A stretch of 64,000 nucleotides of DNA from Podarcis muralis (GCF_964188315.1 NC_135664.1:77624001-77688000), one strand, 5' to 3'. Numbered from the stretch's first letter, positions 36,101-47,007 are shown. Translations and numbers: made by a program. Notes: generated by a model from the sequence alone, not told the origin.

Positions 36101-37837
36101 CCCATCCTGCCCCCTTCAGCTTTTGGAATGAAGTTTGGAAGCTATCCAGATATATTGGATTTTGCAGTCAGTGCCCTGTGAGGGGAGTGTGGGGCTGCCT
36201 CCTGGCCCCCAGGAAGAGCCTTCTTCACTCTTGAGCTCTGCCCTGCTCAGCCCTTGAGCTCTTTATCAGCTTGGTCTCCGTGGTGAGGATCAAGGGGAGC
36301 GAGGGCTTGAGAGCTGAAGGAGAGCCCTGTGGCTGCTGGGTCAGGCCAAGGGGGCCCTTCTAGGCCACCCTCCTCATCCCACAGAAGCCAGCCCAGATGC
36401 CCCCCAGGGAAGCCCCCACGCAGCAGAAAGTGGAGAGGGGAAAGCTCTTCTCCCTCTCATAGCTCCAGAACCCGTGGACATCCAAGGACATGGGAAGATT
36501 CAGGACAGGCAAAAGAAAGTATTTCTTCACATGGCACATAGTTTGTGGAACTCATTCCCACAAGAAGTAATGGCAGCCACTACCTTGGGTGGCTTCAAAG
36601 GAGGATAAGTCGAATACATGGAGACTAAAAGCTGTGTTCTCCCTCCCCTGTCGGAGGCAGTAAATACTCTGTTGGGAATCACAAGTGGGGAGATTAGCTG
36701 CTGCTGCTGCTGTGCTCAGGTCCGGCTTCTGGGACCTGGGGGGCCCCTGGTTGGCCACTGAGGAGAACAGGATGCGCCCCTTTGGCCAGATCCCGCAGGC
36801 TCATCTGACGTTCAGTACAAGGTGAACCAAAGCCCATCCTCACCAGATGCCTAACTTAAAGACTCTGCCTTAAGTGCCAGGCTAAAGCGCCCAGTGAGGA
36901 GGGCATGGGCACCTCCCAGGGTGGGAGTCATTGTAGCGAAATAAAAGGGGGGCCAGAACCCCCAAAGTCCTCTTCCTCTCTTCCCGCTGCCTTCTCCATC
37001 GCTCATATAAACCCAGTGCCAGAGCTTGGCCCGGATGACGGTCTCCCTAACACTCTGCAGGAGGAGTAACATCATCAGGGGGTCCTGCAGGAGGACAGGA
37101 GAGAAGCCCATGTCATGGTGGCTGCAGAATTTGCCTTCCTGGGAATCACCGGGGAGATTCTCGGCCTCAAGGTTGAAAGCAGCCTGCTGAGTCCTGCTGT
37201 CTTGGACACAGCTGGGGGGCAACTGGTCCAGGGACCAGTTTGGAATTCGCTCCCTCTTTGGGGCCAGAGAAACTAGCCAGGCCTGCTCACAGCTCATGGC
37301 TCCAGGGGAATAGTTGGCGTTGCTCTTTCAAGAAGGGCTTCTGTTAACCAACCACTGAATGTGTCTAGATGGGCTTATTGTGTGCCTGCTTTGGGCTCTG
37401 ATCTGCAGGATCTTTTCATGTGTATGGGTGGGCTTCCGGTTGGGCATCAGGAGTGCTGGCCCTGTGGCCTCTTGCTGAATCCGGCTGCCAGTTAGTGGGT
37501 GTTGCTTACGGCTGCCTCCTGCGCCCGCCCGTCTGCTGCTCCCTCAGGCGCCTCCTGTGTTTTTGTTTCCAGGATCGGGCGCCACTCCAAGTCTCTGGAC
37601 ACCCAGCGCTTTGTCTGTGCCCTTTGCAAGGGGCAGTTTGTGCTGTGCCAGCCCACGCGCAAGGATGGCACACCAGCGAAAGCACCGCTCACGCCGTTTG
37701 CAAAGTTTGTGAAAGAAAACTACGGCTCTGCTAAGCACTCGCAGAAGGGGCTGAGCCACGGAGACATCATGAAGAAACTCAGTGCAGATTTTGCTGCCCA
37801 AGTTTCTCTCACCCCACAAGCGACTCTCCCACACTAG
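27034..37837 (+). CDS. GCNA: GCNA/ACRC SprT-family metalloprotease, join(27034..27092,28345..28382,29441..29501,29956..30020,30730..31173,32880..32969,33447..33615,33959..34100,34663..34801,35677..35881,37573..37837), 1677 nt, 558 aa
   Basis: All exon phases chain without stops. Domains: acidic IDR, CxxxGCFL..L motif, SprT (WNKKMRKTAG...DRLRDTLIHELCH), CxxC..CxxC Zn finger and HMG-like TPFAKFVKENY...HGDIMKKLSADF. C-terminal exons are high confidence; IDR exons are less certain. Confidence 0.9.
28345..28382 (+). CDS. GCNA: GCNA exon 2
   Basis: ttttcag| STSSGSDDEFEN |GTAAGT; phase 2 to 1. Confidence 0.8.
29441..29501 (+). CDS. GCNA: GCNA exon 3
   Basis: cttag| FLSRMKTPRPATCCVPRTQS |GTGGGT; completes the SDDEFENFLSRMKTP motif. 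Confidence 0.75.
29956..30020 (+). CDS. GCNA: GCNA exon 4 (GC donor)
   Basis: cccag| RLDDSKDDFFTYLTSKYGSGKK; AAG|GCAAGT; phase 1 matches the exon 5 acceptor at 30729. Confidence 0.7.
30355..30655 (-). mobile_element. L2 3' fragment in GCNA intron 4
   Basis: ctgtaagctgccttgagcatgg-type L2 terminus on the minus strand. Confidence 0.55.
30730..31173 (+). CDS. GCNA: GCNA exon 5 (acidic IDR)
   Basis: ttgcag| GPRSAQ...FSETDSDDDDDDSVF...SSDEEEMDSLLVRLKQK...KGAT |GTAAGA. Confidence 0.8.
31311..31671 (+). mobile_element. Sauria SINE
   Basis: Near-complete copy similar to those at 25873 and 53702. Confidence 0.9.
32401..32896 (-). mobile_element. LTR-like element in GCNA intron 5; same family as 39921-~40450 (+)
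   Basis: Reverse complement aligns with the 39921 copy (tcaa.tacaacattcc..tagagtgga...aacttcctgtt; ataagact..gttgtgtct...ttaccagga). Confidence 0.7.
32880..32969 (+). CDS. GCNA: GCNA exon 6 (symmetric, possibly cassette; alternative in-frame acceptor gives 32898..32969)
   Basis: Strong pyrimidine tract plus TAG; GTAAGG donor; open in phase 1 to 1; no conserved motif recognised. Confidence 0.45.
33447..33615 (+). CDS. GCNA: GCNA exon 7
   Basis: Open frame ..KVLGDITPSHQTQM; AG|GTGAGC; phase 1 to 2 matches exon 8; acceptor is weak. Confidence 0.6.
33959..34100 (+). CDS. GCNA: GCNA exon 8
   Basis: SSCQVQGCFLQELSDP...LAQNLYDFYNRSVFEQK, the conserved pre-SprT segment. Confidence 0.92.
34663..34801 (+). 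CDS. GCNA: GCNA exon 9 (GC donor)
   Basis: LPENMEIVWNKKMRKTAG...LSEKVCDSA; CAG|GCAAGT is required to join to DRLRDTLIHE. Confidence 0.92.
34985..35050 (-). mobile_element. 5S rRNA-derived SINE fragment
   Basis: Minus strand gagatcaagca..tctgagcctg.tcagtgcctggatgggtgacagcctggga resembles the 5S internal control region. Confidence 0.5.
35340..35596. mobile_element. MITE of the tagggctgggcgata TIR family
   Basis: Degenerate TIRs; TSD ctggtgag/gtggtgag (7 of 8); relatives at 6487-6600 and 53074-54689. Confidence 0.75.
35677..35881 (+). CDS. GCNA: GCNA exon 10 (HELCH active site)
   Basis: DRLRDTLIHELCHAAAWLIHGVRDGHGRFW...YECCRCKN; GTGAGT donor. Confidence 0.95.
37573..37837 (+). CDS. GCNA: GCNA exon 11 (Zn finger second half and HMG-like box, stop)
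   Basis: IGRHSKSLDTQRFVCALCKGQF...TPFAKFVKENY...; TAG stop. Confidence 0.93.
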
Positions 37838-38049
37838 CAAAGGCTTGGGCAGCAGCTCCAGATCCCTTGCTGTACGTCTGTGATTCTTTGCTCCCAAGAA
37901 GCAACCAGGTGGTGCTGGGGCCACCTCCCCAGGAACTGCAGAGTCTTTTCTTCCCTTCTCCCCCCACTCCAAATGTTTTTTACAATCCTTGCGTGTCTGG
38001 TCTCATTTGCCCAGGCGATTAAATCAGTTTGGTAACACATTGAGTTATG

Positions 38050-38055
38050 AATAAA
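38050..38055 (+). terminator. GCNA: GCNA polyadenylation signal
   Basis: AATAAA 213 nt after the stop, followed by a GT-rich downstream element (tatttgtgtgt). Confidence 0.7.
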
Positions 38056-38374
38056 GCAAACTATTTGTGTGTCCTGAGTATTGTTTTCTTCCTAATTGCG
38101 CTTTTGAGCGCAGATGAATCGCTAGAAGTCTATGGATGATCTCACACCTGCTACAGCTGGCCTTCTGCCACCGGTTGCATCTCGCGGGGTGGGGGCGTGT
38201 CTGGAGGACCTGACCACTCCTGTGATAGGTGCCAGGGGCACACCTGTGGTGCAAAAGCCATTTCATGACCAGGGAGGCAAGCTCTAGCCAGTAGGTCATC
38301 ATACGCCCCTCCCCACATGAGCACAATGTCCCTGTCACCCACCCCATCTGAGAAATACTTTCTTACTTGGTCAT

Positions 38375-39300
38375 GCTTCTTTGAGAACAGAAGCCTGGAG
38401 CAGGCCAGTGCTACCTAAATCAGCCAAGAAACAAACGCTGCCACCTGAGATTGGGCTGGGAAGTGGGGCTCTGTGCTTTGTGATATGGTGGCTTTGAGAC
38501 TGAATCCTGACAAGACAGAAGTACCGTTTTGGGGGGACAGGAGGCGGGCGGCTGTGGAGGACTCCCTGGTCCTGAATGGGGTAACTGCCCCTGAAGGACC
38601 AGGTGCGCAGCCTAGGAGTCATTTTGGACTCACAGCTGTCCAAATTCTGTGCCCAGGTCAGCTGTTTACCAGCTCCATCTGGGACGCAGGCTGAGACCCT
38701 CCCTGCCCGCAGACTGCCTTGCCAGAGTAGTGCATGCTCTAGTTATCTCCTGCTTGGGCCACTGCAATGTGCTCTACGTGGGGCTACCTTTGAAGGTGAC
38801 CCGGAAACTACAAGTAATCCAGAATGCGGCAGCTAGACTGGTGATGGAGCGGCCGCCGAGACCACATAACACTGGTCTTGAAAGACCTACATTGGCTTGT
38901 AGTATGTTTCCAAGCACAATTCAAAGTGTTGGTGCTGACCTTTAAAGCCCAGTATACCTGAAGGAGCGTCTCCACCCCCATCATTCTGCCTGGACACTGA
39001 GATCCAGCGCCGAGGGCCTTCTGGTGGTTCCCTCACTGCAAGAAGCCAAATTACAGGGAACCAGGCAGAAGGCCTTCTTGGTAGTGGCACCCATCCTGTG
39101 GAACGCTCTCCCACCAGATGTCAAAGAGAACAATAACTACCAAACTTTTAGAAGACATCTGAAGGCAGCCCTGTTTAGGGAAGCTTTTAATGTTTGATGT
39201 ATTACGGTATTTTAATATTTGGTTAGAAGCTGCCCAGAGTGGCAGGGGAAGCCCAGCCAGATGGGCAGGGTATAAATAATAAATTATTATTATTATTATT
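38375..39300 (+). mobile_element. L2 LINE ORF2 3' portion
   Basis: RSLGVILDSQLS, VHALVIS.L.HCNVLYVGLPLKVTRKLQVIQNAAARLV; (aat/tat)n tail. Confidence 0.88.
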
Positions 39301-39920
39301 GTGGCTTCAGGGTGGGATGTGGAATGTGGGGATCCTGGCTCCCAATGCAGTGGAGATGCAGTGCCAGAATCTCACCCCTCGGCTTGTAGCTCCTTGTTTG
39401 GGGCAATCTATGTAGGAAGATAATCGCATACTTGCAGCTAAGGTGTCTTTGCTTCAGAAAGAAAACAAGCAGCTGAGGGGAAGGCCTTTCCGACTGGGAA
39501 CCGGGTGTGGGATGGGCCAAGAGCTCTGCTGTGCCCAACAGTAGCCTCAGGAGGGAACTTTTCTTCAGGACAGCAGCAGAGGGAGGAAGGATTTCAATGC
39601 GAATGGACAGCTGCACAAACGGGCTTCCCAGAATGCTTACCCTGCCTTGTTTAACCAGCAGCTTCTCTGAAACTGATTTTGCTGGATGAGTTGGCCAAAT
39701 TGTCTGGCGCCAAGGAGAACAATGGCACGGATCCTGGCCCTTCATGCCTGGTGTGAGTGGTGCCCACTGGTGTGTGTTCTGGGTGACAACTTCCTTCTGG
39801 AGTCCCTTTGGCTGCTGCTTCCCAGTGAACCGTCTTTGGAGCCCACAAACCAGGGGAAGCGGAGCTGTGGCTCCAGGTGATGTCAGATCCACCAGCCTAT
39901 GGGATGTAAACACTGGGAGC

Positions 39921-40450
39921 AGTCAAGTACAACATTCCTTGTTTTGCTAGAGTGGACATGCAAGGGGATATTTGGTCCAGTTAGTCGAAACTTCCTGTTC
40001 CTCCTTGCCTGGAGCATCCTTCCTTGCATGTGACTAGTGGGTGGGCGTGACCTTCCCAGACCTGGGAAAAGGCCAGCTGCCACTCACTCTCTTTTCCATC
40101 TTCCTTTCGTCCTGCGAACTTCCTGATTCACCTGAACTGGACTTGCCAGCCAGAAGTCTCCCAGGTCATCTCCCATATGGGGTAAAACTCTACATGTTTT
40201 TAACTTTAAGCCTAAAGCCTGCCTTCAGGGGTCACACTCTGCTCTGCCTGATCATGCGTAAAACTGCTTTATGTTACTTATGAATAAGACTGTTGTGTCT
40301 TTATTCTTTTAGGAGGGATCAAAGGGATCTTACCAGGAGTAATAGAACATATCTCAATCTGGGCAAGCCAGATTGAATTGTTTATTGTCTTAAGAGGCTC
40401 ACACGAGTCTGCAACCACTTTCTGCTGTATAAAGAAACTTGCTAGTGTGA
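39921..40450 (+). mobile_element. LTR-like solo element
   Basis: Homologous to 32401-32896. Confidence 0.65.
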
Positions 40451-41021
40451 GCCAATGCTTGGGGTGATGGGGCCAACAATACCTGCAGTGTCACAGGTTC
40501 CCCACCCCTTCCACTAATGTAAGTTTGTGCTACTAACGCACTTCACCACAAAGACTCCCTGGCCATTGCCCAGAGAAGGCAGCAGCCTGTGTTGCCCAAT
40601 GTTTTGCAGTTTCTGCCTCCTGAGGTGGGCAAGGGCTATTGCCCAAGGGCTGGTGGGCGGCAGCAGGCTGCCACGAGAGCCTATGAGAGGGTGCAGGTGT
40701 TGTTGCTGGCTGTGAGGCCGATGGGCTTGCCTGGGAGTAAGCAGAGGCGCAGCAGCCTCTTCCTCCCGCTTGACCAGAGACCCCATAAGAGGACAGGAAG
40801 CTGTCCAGCACTGACGCGCATCCACACACATCCTTTTAATTGGGGGGGGGGGGTTGGTCCATGTTTCCTGCCGCTTCTGAAGCGAAGAGCAGAGCGCATG
40901 AGCTGCTGCAGTCTCCAATCCCCAAACAGCTTGTTTCTGTCTCTGAGTCAGGATTTCTGCCTCCGCATTTAGAAGTCTACTCTCAGGCCTTTGCTCACGC
41001 GCCTGGAAACCGCTCACTCTC

Positions 41022-42035
41022 TCAAGGCTGCTGGCTGCTTGTGGGCATCGCTTGCTGCTTGCTGCTGCCCTTGGGGCTCCAGAGTGGTGGCAAACCTTTG
41101 GCGGCGGCTGCTTGAGCATCCCTCTTTGCGGACCCTTGAGTGCTCGCGCCCCAAGAGGATTTTTGTTCACCCTTGGGAGGCTGGCTACTGGGAGTGGGGC
41201 CAGTCTTCTGAGCCGCCTGTTGCTGGAGCCAGCGGCGCATGTGTGCCAGGCCCCGCCCATACTGGAGCTCCCACAGGAGCTGCTCCTTCTGCTCCCTCAG
41301 CTGCTGCCGGAAGGCTTTCAGGCCTTTAGCTCGCTGGATGAGGCCGAGGAGCTCGTTGCGCAGCCGCCTGTTCTCCTCCTTCACTCGGTTGGTGTGCTGG
41401 ATGAGGCTGCGCACGGCTTCCTTCTCGGCCTTCTTGGCCAGGGCCTGGACCTTCTGCTCCGCCTGCACCTCGTACTCCGCCTTCTGGTGCAGGTACTTGC
41501 TCTTGAGCAAGCGCATTTCCTCCGAGTGCTGGATCTTCATGGCCAGCAGCTCCTTCTCCAGCTCCCGGATGCGGAGGAGCTGCTCGGACTGCAGCTCCTT
41601 GAAGGGCTTGAGCTCCTCAACCTCCTTGGTCATGAGGGAGAACTTGGTCTCCATCTCAATCAGCTGGCTCCTCATCTCCGTCTCCTTGTCCGTGTACTGG
41701 GAGGTCAGCTCCTCCTTCTGCTTCAGGACGCTGGTGAGGTCAAAGAGGTTCTGCTCGTTGAGGGTGGTGATGGCGTCCTGGCACCGGGCAGCGCGCCTGT
41801 TCAGGTAGCTCAGGTAGGCCTTGCTGTTCTGCCGGATCTCCTGCGCTTCCTTGTCCAGGAACTCGTTCCTGCTCTGGAACTGGTCCACCCATTGCGTGTA
41901 GGTGTGGATGTGCTCCGCCAGAATGAGGGACTCCTTCTTCAGGGACTGCTCTTGCTCCGTCAAGAGCGGCCCAGTCGTGCTCTGGCTCTTGGCGATGCTC
42001 TTCCGAGCCTTGGACCTGGTCTTCTTTGTCGCCAT
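41022..42035 (-). CDS. CCDC166: CCDC166-like coiled-coil protein (DUF4515 family), 337 aa, uninterrupted CDS
   Basis: Aligns by recall with CCDC166 (LNEQN..DL...EL...Y..RE..MR.QL.EME...; ELKPFKELQ.EQL.RIRELEKELL.M; AEKEA.R.LI.HT). Kozak cacagcATGG; in-frame upstream TGA; splice acceptor at 42064-42065. Orthologue versus paralogue is not resolved. Confidence 0.82.
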   Translation of the reverse strand: MATKKTRSKARKSIAKSQSTTGPLLTEQEQSLKKESLILAEHIHTYTQWVDQFQSRNEFLDKEAQEIRQNSKAYLSYLNRRAARCQDAITTLNEQNLFDLTSVLKQKEELTSQYTDKETEMRSQLIEMETKFSLMTKEVEELKPFKELQSEQLLRIRELEKELLAMKIQHSEEMRLLKSKYLHQKAEYEVQAEQKVQALAKKAEKEAVRSLIQHTNRVKEENRRLRNELLGLIQRAKGLKAFRQQLREQKEQLLWELQYGRGLAHMRRWLQQQAAQKTGPTPSSQPPKGEQKSSWGASTQGSAKRDAQAAAAKGLPPLWSPKGSSKQQAMPTSSQQP

Positions 42036-42261
42036 GCTGTGGCAGGGGCTGCCCTCTCAGGCACTGACAAAAGAGAAATGCAGTGGGATTTTATTTTAAA
42101 TGTTTTGGTACCACGTTCTGAGGTCCTGAAGTCCTCAGTCAATTTTCTAAAAGCAGCAACATACAAACAGTCAGTTTCAATATAAATGGAACTTTTATGA
42201 GCCATCATTTGAACTCTTGATGACATTTTGGATCTGCACTGAACCAGCACCATTATCCATG

Positions 42262-42899
42262 TGTCATGGACTGGTTGGACACAAAGGAATAGTGGGAGGA
42301 ACCAGTTGGGGAACCACCAAGGGAGGAAGGCTCAGAGTCTGCGGCTTGGTGGTGAGATGACAATGAGTGGTGGGAGGGTGAAGAGGGAGCAGACCGGGAG
42401 GAGGAGGAGGAGGTGGCAGAAGCAGAAGAGGTGCCGGGGTTTAGTGAGCGGGGGGGGGGGAGGGGTCTGTGGCAGAGGGAAGTCTAGAATCAGAATCAGA
42501 AGCGTAAGCAGGAGAGTGGGCTGAGGGAGGCCAAGAGGCAGAGATGAGTCAGGCTGGTGAAGAAACACAAGTGTCTTCCACGCACACACACCCTGCTGTG
42601 ACAAGCTTTCCACCTCCCTAGTCTCCCAGGATCAGGAGAGGCATGAAGCAAGAGGGGTATAGGCAGAAACACAGGTGCCGTCTCAGATTGCTTGGGAAGG
42701 ACCTGGCAGAGGAAGGCCCTTAGCTGTGGGAAGGTGGGGACTTTCAGGCTCCACAACTGCCTCATAAGGATCAGACCTACCAAGGAAGACTTGCTGTGCT
42801 CCTTAGGCTTGGTCCTCCTGTCCAGATCCTTTTTTTTCTAATCAAGAGTTAAGTTCACCTGCTCCGTGTGAGTTACTGCTTGCTGGCTCCCTCCTGACA
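42262..42899 (+). mobile_element. Solo LTR (TGTCA...TGACA), Gypsy/DIRS-like
   Basis: 5-bp terminal inverted repeats, purine-rich U3, degenerate polyA signal aatcaagagttaa near the 3' end; no clean TSD. Confidence 0.6.
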
Positions 42900-44471
42900 T
42901 GGGAACGGACAGAAGCATTTGAGGCATGTATAAAAAGAGTTGGAGAGAGAGGGAACTGGGTCTCCCCCCCCCCCCCGGAGCTCTCCATGAGCAAGGGGCT
43001 GTTGGCCAGATACGGGGCTGGAGGGGGAGCTGCTCCATTGCACCCAGTCCATAAGGATGTAGTCAACATATCTCTTTCTTGAGCACTTGAAAAATGCAGC
43101 TCTGCCAGAACGCATGATCTGAGAGATTTTGTTCTGGGCATCTCAGAAGCAAGCTCAGAACCTGATGAGTGCTTTGTGCTGAAGCTTCTTCGATTAATTG
43201 GGTTTTCACTGTGCATTATGTTAATTTTAAATTTATTAAAATACAATGAAGAAGGGATGGGGCAAAAGGTACATGCCGTCTATTGAGTTTTTTGGACAGA
43301 GAAGCTAAGGGATTTCCCTGTTGTTTCTCAGGCTGCGACATCCTTAATTATATCAAAAGACACTTTCACCAGTGGCCATTGTGAGGATGTTGGTTCTTGG
43401 CTTTTGTGAGTATAAGAAACTGCTAATCCACCTAAGACAATTTCCTAGATGTTTCCTTTCAACACACAAACACCCGAAGACTCCCTTTTATGCTGGACTC
43501 CCTTTTCAGACAGAAATCTTTCAAAGTTATTAGAGATAAATTCACCTCCTCTTTTTGATTGCACTCCAGTTATCTTTGCATCATATTTTGCTTCCACCCA
43601 GTTTACAAAATTCTCAAACCTCTATTTAGCTTCTCCTTCTGTGGCATCTGAATATAGACTGCATTTTTAATCAAGACTTATATTGGCTTATATTTTGATC
43701 AGGTTCCTAAAATTCTAAAAATAATGTTTCTTCCAAGGTAGAAAACCAGCAAGCGGCTCCAGCAAGCAGCTGGCAAGCAAAGGGCCCCCTGGTTTATTGC
43801 GGTCATAAAAAGGCTGAGAAGCAGGTCATTGACCTTGCATGCTGTAGAGTACAACTAAGTTGTAAAAGTGGTAGGTAAATAGTAAAATGATACCATGGGC
43901 CTCTCTTAAACCTTGAGCTGTATTTTCTAAGGCCAGAGGCAAATGGGAAAAAAAACATCTAGCTGACAGAAAAAGAGGGCATTTTTAGGAAATCTTCTAA
44001 AAGCAGTTTCTTTCTTAAACTGAGAGAGTTAAAAAGAGCAATAAATGTTGGGAAAGGCAACTGGCTTGGCTGGGGAAGAAGAAGCTTCTTCCTATTTTAT
44101 TTTGAGGCTGGAAAGGAGGGTGAAAGGGGGAGGTGTGAACTGAAGAGGTTTCTTTTAAAAGCTGTTTTTTACTGAGTTCCTTCCTTTCTACTTTGAGAAG
44201 CTTTATTCTTTTAAAAGGTTACCTATGATAATGTATGAAATATATTAGCTTAAATATATTGGCTTAAATGTAATTATGCAAAGGATTTAAGAAATGCTAG
44301 ATTCTTATTTCATATAGTTGTAAGAGTTGTATTTATCCTGAAATTAAGTCAGCCACCAGCCTAGCCCCCCTGCCAGACAAGAAGACGCCATCCAAGCAGC
44401 CATCCAAGCAGTCCTGATATATAGTTGTCAGACATTTGTTTAGAAACTTTCAAATGAAGGAGATCTTTCAA

Positions 44472-44957
44472 TGTTGATGTGAAACTCAAGATCCTTGACA
44501 TATGTTTAAGATAAAAATTTAAGATTAACCATTTGTTTTAGAAGGCAATAGGGCAAAGAGGGCAAGAGGTGAGCTGGTAATTAAGATTCCATGTAAGATA
44601 TATTATTACTTATTTGTCATTTATAGATGTAACAATATATAGCTCTTTGTCTCCCTTATAAGGATAGAAGGAAATGGGTGTATCTTTTGTGATTGGATAT
44701 AGCAGGCAGCCAATAGGAATTTCAACCAGGCTGATTGGACAGATGCAGCCACAGGAGGAGCAAAGGGGGCTGGATTAAGGGAATATAAGTGCTGGCCATA
44801 ATGGCAGGAGGCCAGGCCAGAGCTTGGTAACCATATACCACTGTGCCTCTCATTTATTTGTCTGACAAATAAATTATTATTTTAATTTCTCTATTGCTGC
44901 GTTGAATATTTCATTCCAGCTAAGCGTTAACCACAAGCAGGGTGCTACACTTCAACA
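44472..44957 (+). mobile_element. LTR inserted in the Copia integrase
   Basis: TGTTGA...TCAACA ends, three CCAAT/ATTGG motifs, aatataa, AATAAA. Confidence 0.65.
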
Positions 44958-45559
44958 AATAAATGAACCCAAAATGCAAGAAATTGTCAACAACTGTAAG
45001 ATTAAATTTAGCTCCTCACAGAGTTTCCTGGAATGGATCTGCTCAATCTATATGCAGAAGTTCTAGAACTCACTTAGGATTTCTTTCACATTTTGTGTTA
45101 ATTGGAGCTGCTGTTGATTTACACTCCCTCAGCAATTACAGAGTCTACCTTTACAATGTCGGCAGAGAAACACCATTTTTTCCTCTGTCATTTTCTTTCT
45201 CTATCTGTAGATTTGTAATCCAAATGTTTCCTGAGGCAATTTATTTTAAGGTGATTTTCTGATCCACAGTTGTAGCACCTACAAATTCCATAAACTTTCA
45301 ACATGTTGTCACTCTTTCTTTCTTCTACATTCACTTCTTTATCTTGGCTTCTTGAAACAGCTCTCTGCCATCTTCCCTTGCTCCTGTCTTCTTTCCCATT
45401 CATATAGTTATATGCTGCTTTTCTCACAAGCAAATTCTTTAAAGTAGCCCAAACTTCTTTTGCAGTTAACAGCCCTCTAAGTCAGTAATTGGCTGTCTTC
45501 CAGATCAGTAATTATTGTGACTCTTGCTCTCTCCTCTCTGTGAAGCCATTCAGGAGAAG

Positions 45560-45957
45560 GTAAAGGTAAAATGGTGAACGACCCCCAGATGGTTAAATCC
45601 AGTCAAGGACGATTATGGGGTTGCGGCGCTCATCTCGCTTTCAAGCTGAGGAAGCTGGCGTTTGTCCACAGACAGCTTTCCAGGTCATGTGGCCAGCAGG
45701 ACTAAACTGCTTCTGGCGCAACGGGACACCGTGACAGAAACCAGAGCGCATGGAAACACTGTTTACCTTCCTGCTGGAGTGGTACCTATTTATCTACTTG
45801 CACTTTTTTGGGGGTGTGCTTTTGAACTGCTAGGTTGGCAGAAGCTAGGACAGAGCAACAGGAGCTCACCCCGTTAAGTGAATTTGAACCGCCGACCTTC
45901 TGATCAGCAAGCCCAAGAGGCTCAGTGGTTTAGACCACAGCGCCACCCACTCCCTTC
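45560..45957 (-). mobile_element. Sauria SINE (variant subfamily) inserted in Copia gag
   Basis: 10-bp TSD tcaggagaag (45550-45559, 45958-45967). Confidence 0.88.
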
Positions 45958-46951
45958 TCAGGAGAAGAAGGGTCTGAAGGTGGGTCATTAATACAGGGTC
46001 CCATAAATCTTCTCTCCAGAGCAGCACCTCCATCTTGACACACCAACTGGCATAATTCTTTTCTGTTAGTTTCTCCATACTCAGAGACACAGACATTGTG
46101 AAACTTGCTTGCTCCCTTCCTGCAGTTAAACTTTCTGCAGCTTCCACAACCACTTAGCCACATAGGATTCACAGACCCCCATTTGCCCCCTGAGTTACCG
46201 TATCTGCAAAATCTTCCTTGACTGTGATGAGTTCAGATTGCTGGTTTCCAAAGTGTGGGATGGACTTCAAGAATTCGCTTGTTGCTCTCTAGCACCACCT
46301 GCTGGCCACAACGGGCCCATAACCTTTGTTGGTTGTGCTGAAGTAACTGCTTCTCACAGAGGCTGAGGAAGATGGGTTCTTAATTCAGAGGTAGCATTTA
46401 GATGAGCAAACAGGCAACCAGTCTAATGTAAGGATTCAATACAAAGTCTCTCTCTCTCTCACACACACACACAAGAGGGTGCAGTCTTTTAAGTACAAGA
46501 AAATGGTGCAGTTGTTGCAGGAGTCCAAGGTTGCTTTTCCGTCACTTTGTTCTCCTGGTAGCAGAGGATGCTTCCTAGCAGAAAGTTCTCCAGCTGTAAT
46601 CCCCCTGCTGCAGGTCCTTGACAAAATGCTTGACATTCACACTATCTCCTCAACCTCCGACAAACTCTGCATTCTCCTCTCAGACCCAACTCTACACCTC
46701 TGCTAGCTTGCACACACAGTTCCCTTCTAAGGAGACTGTTCACGAGACTCACAAGACACAAGACAGTGACTCAGAAGCTGGACTTTGGTTCTGGTCACCT
46801 GTTTCACAGCTGTCGCAGTTAACTCCTTCATGTAATTTATCCTTTGTAAAATACACAATTGCAACACATATATCAACAATGACTTTTTGAGCAACCTTTT
46901 TGGAGACGCACCATAGCTCAGTGGTAGACTGCCTGCTTTGCATGTGGAAAG

Positions 46952-47006
<55 letters not shown>

Positions 47007-47007
47007 A
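46952..47007. repeat. (GAAA)n expanded inside a SINE head
   Basis: Read directly from the sequence. Confidence 0.95.

Larger units (their letters stand above)
42900..46878 (-). mobile_element. Decayed Ty1/Copia LTR retrotransposon with nested insertions
   Basis: LTR 46327-46878 (TGTTG...CAACA); PBS GGTTATGGGCCC 46313-46324; gag MEKLTEKNYASWCVKMEVLLWREDLWD and TAKEVWATLK; zinc knuckle CYNCGSENHLKINC; integrase ELLHID..TVVDNF and VQSKRGGEFISNNFERFLSEKGVQH; PPT-like aagaaagaga then TGTTGA at 43068. Confidence 0.85.

Noticed and set aside
41052-42185. 377-aa plus-strand ORF antisense to CCDC166
   Set aside because: Antisense shadow of a GC3-rich coiled-coil CDS; Leu-rich with no recognisable domain.
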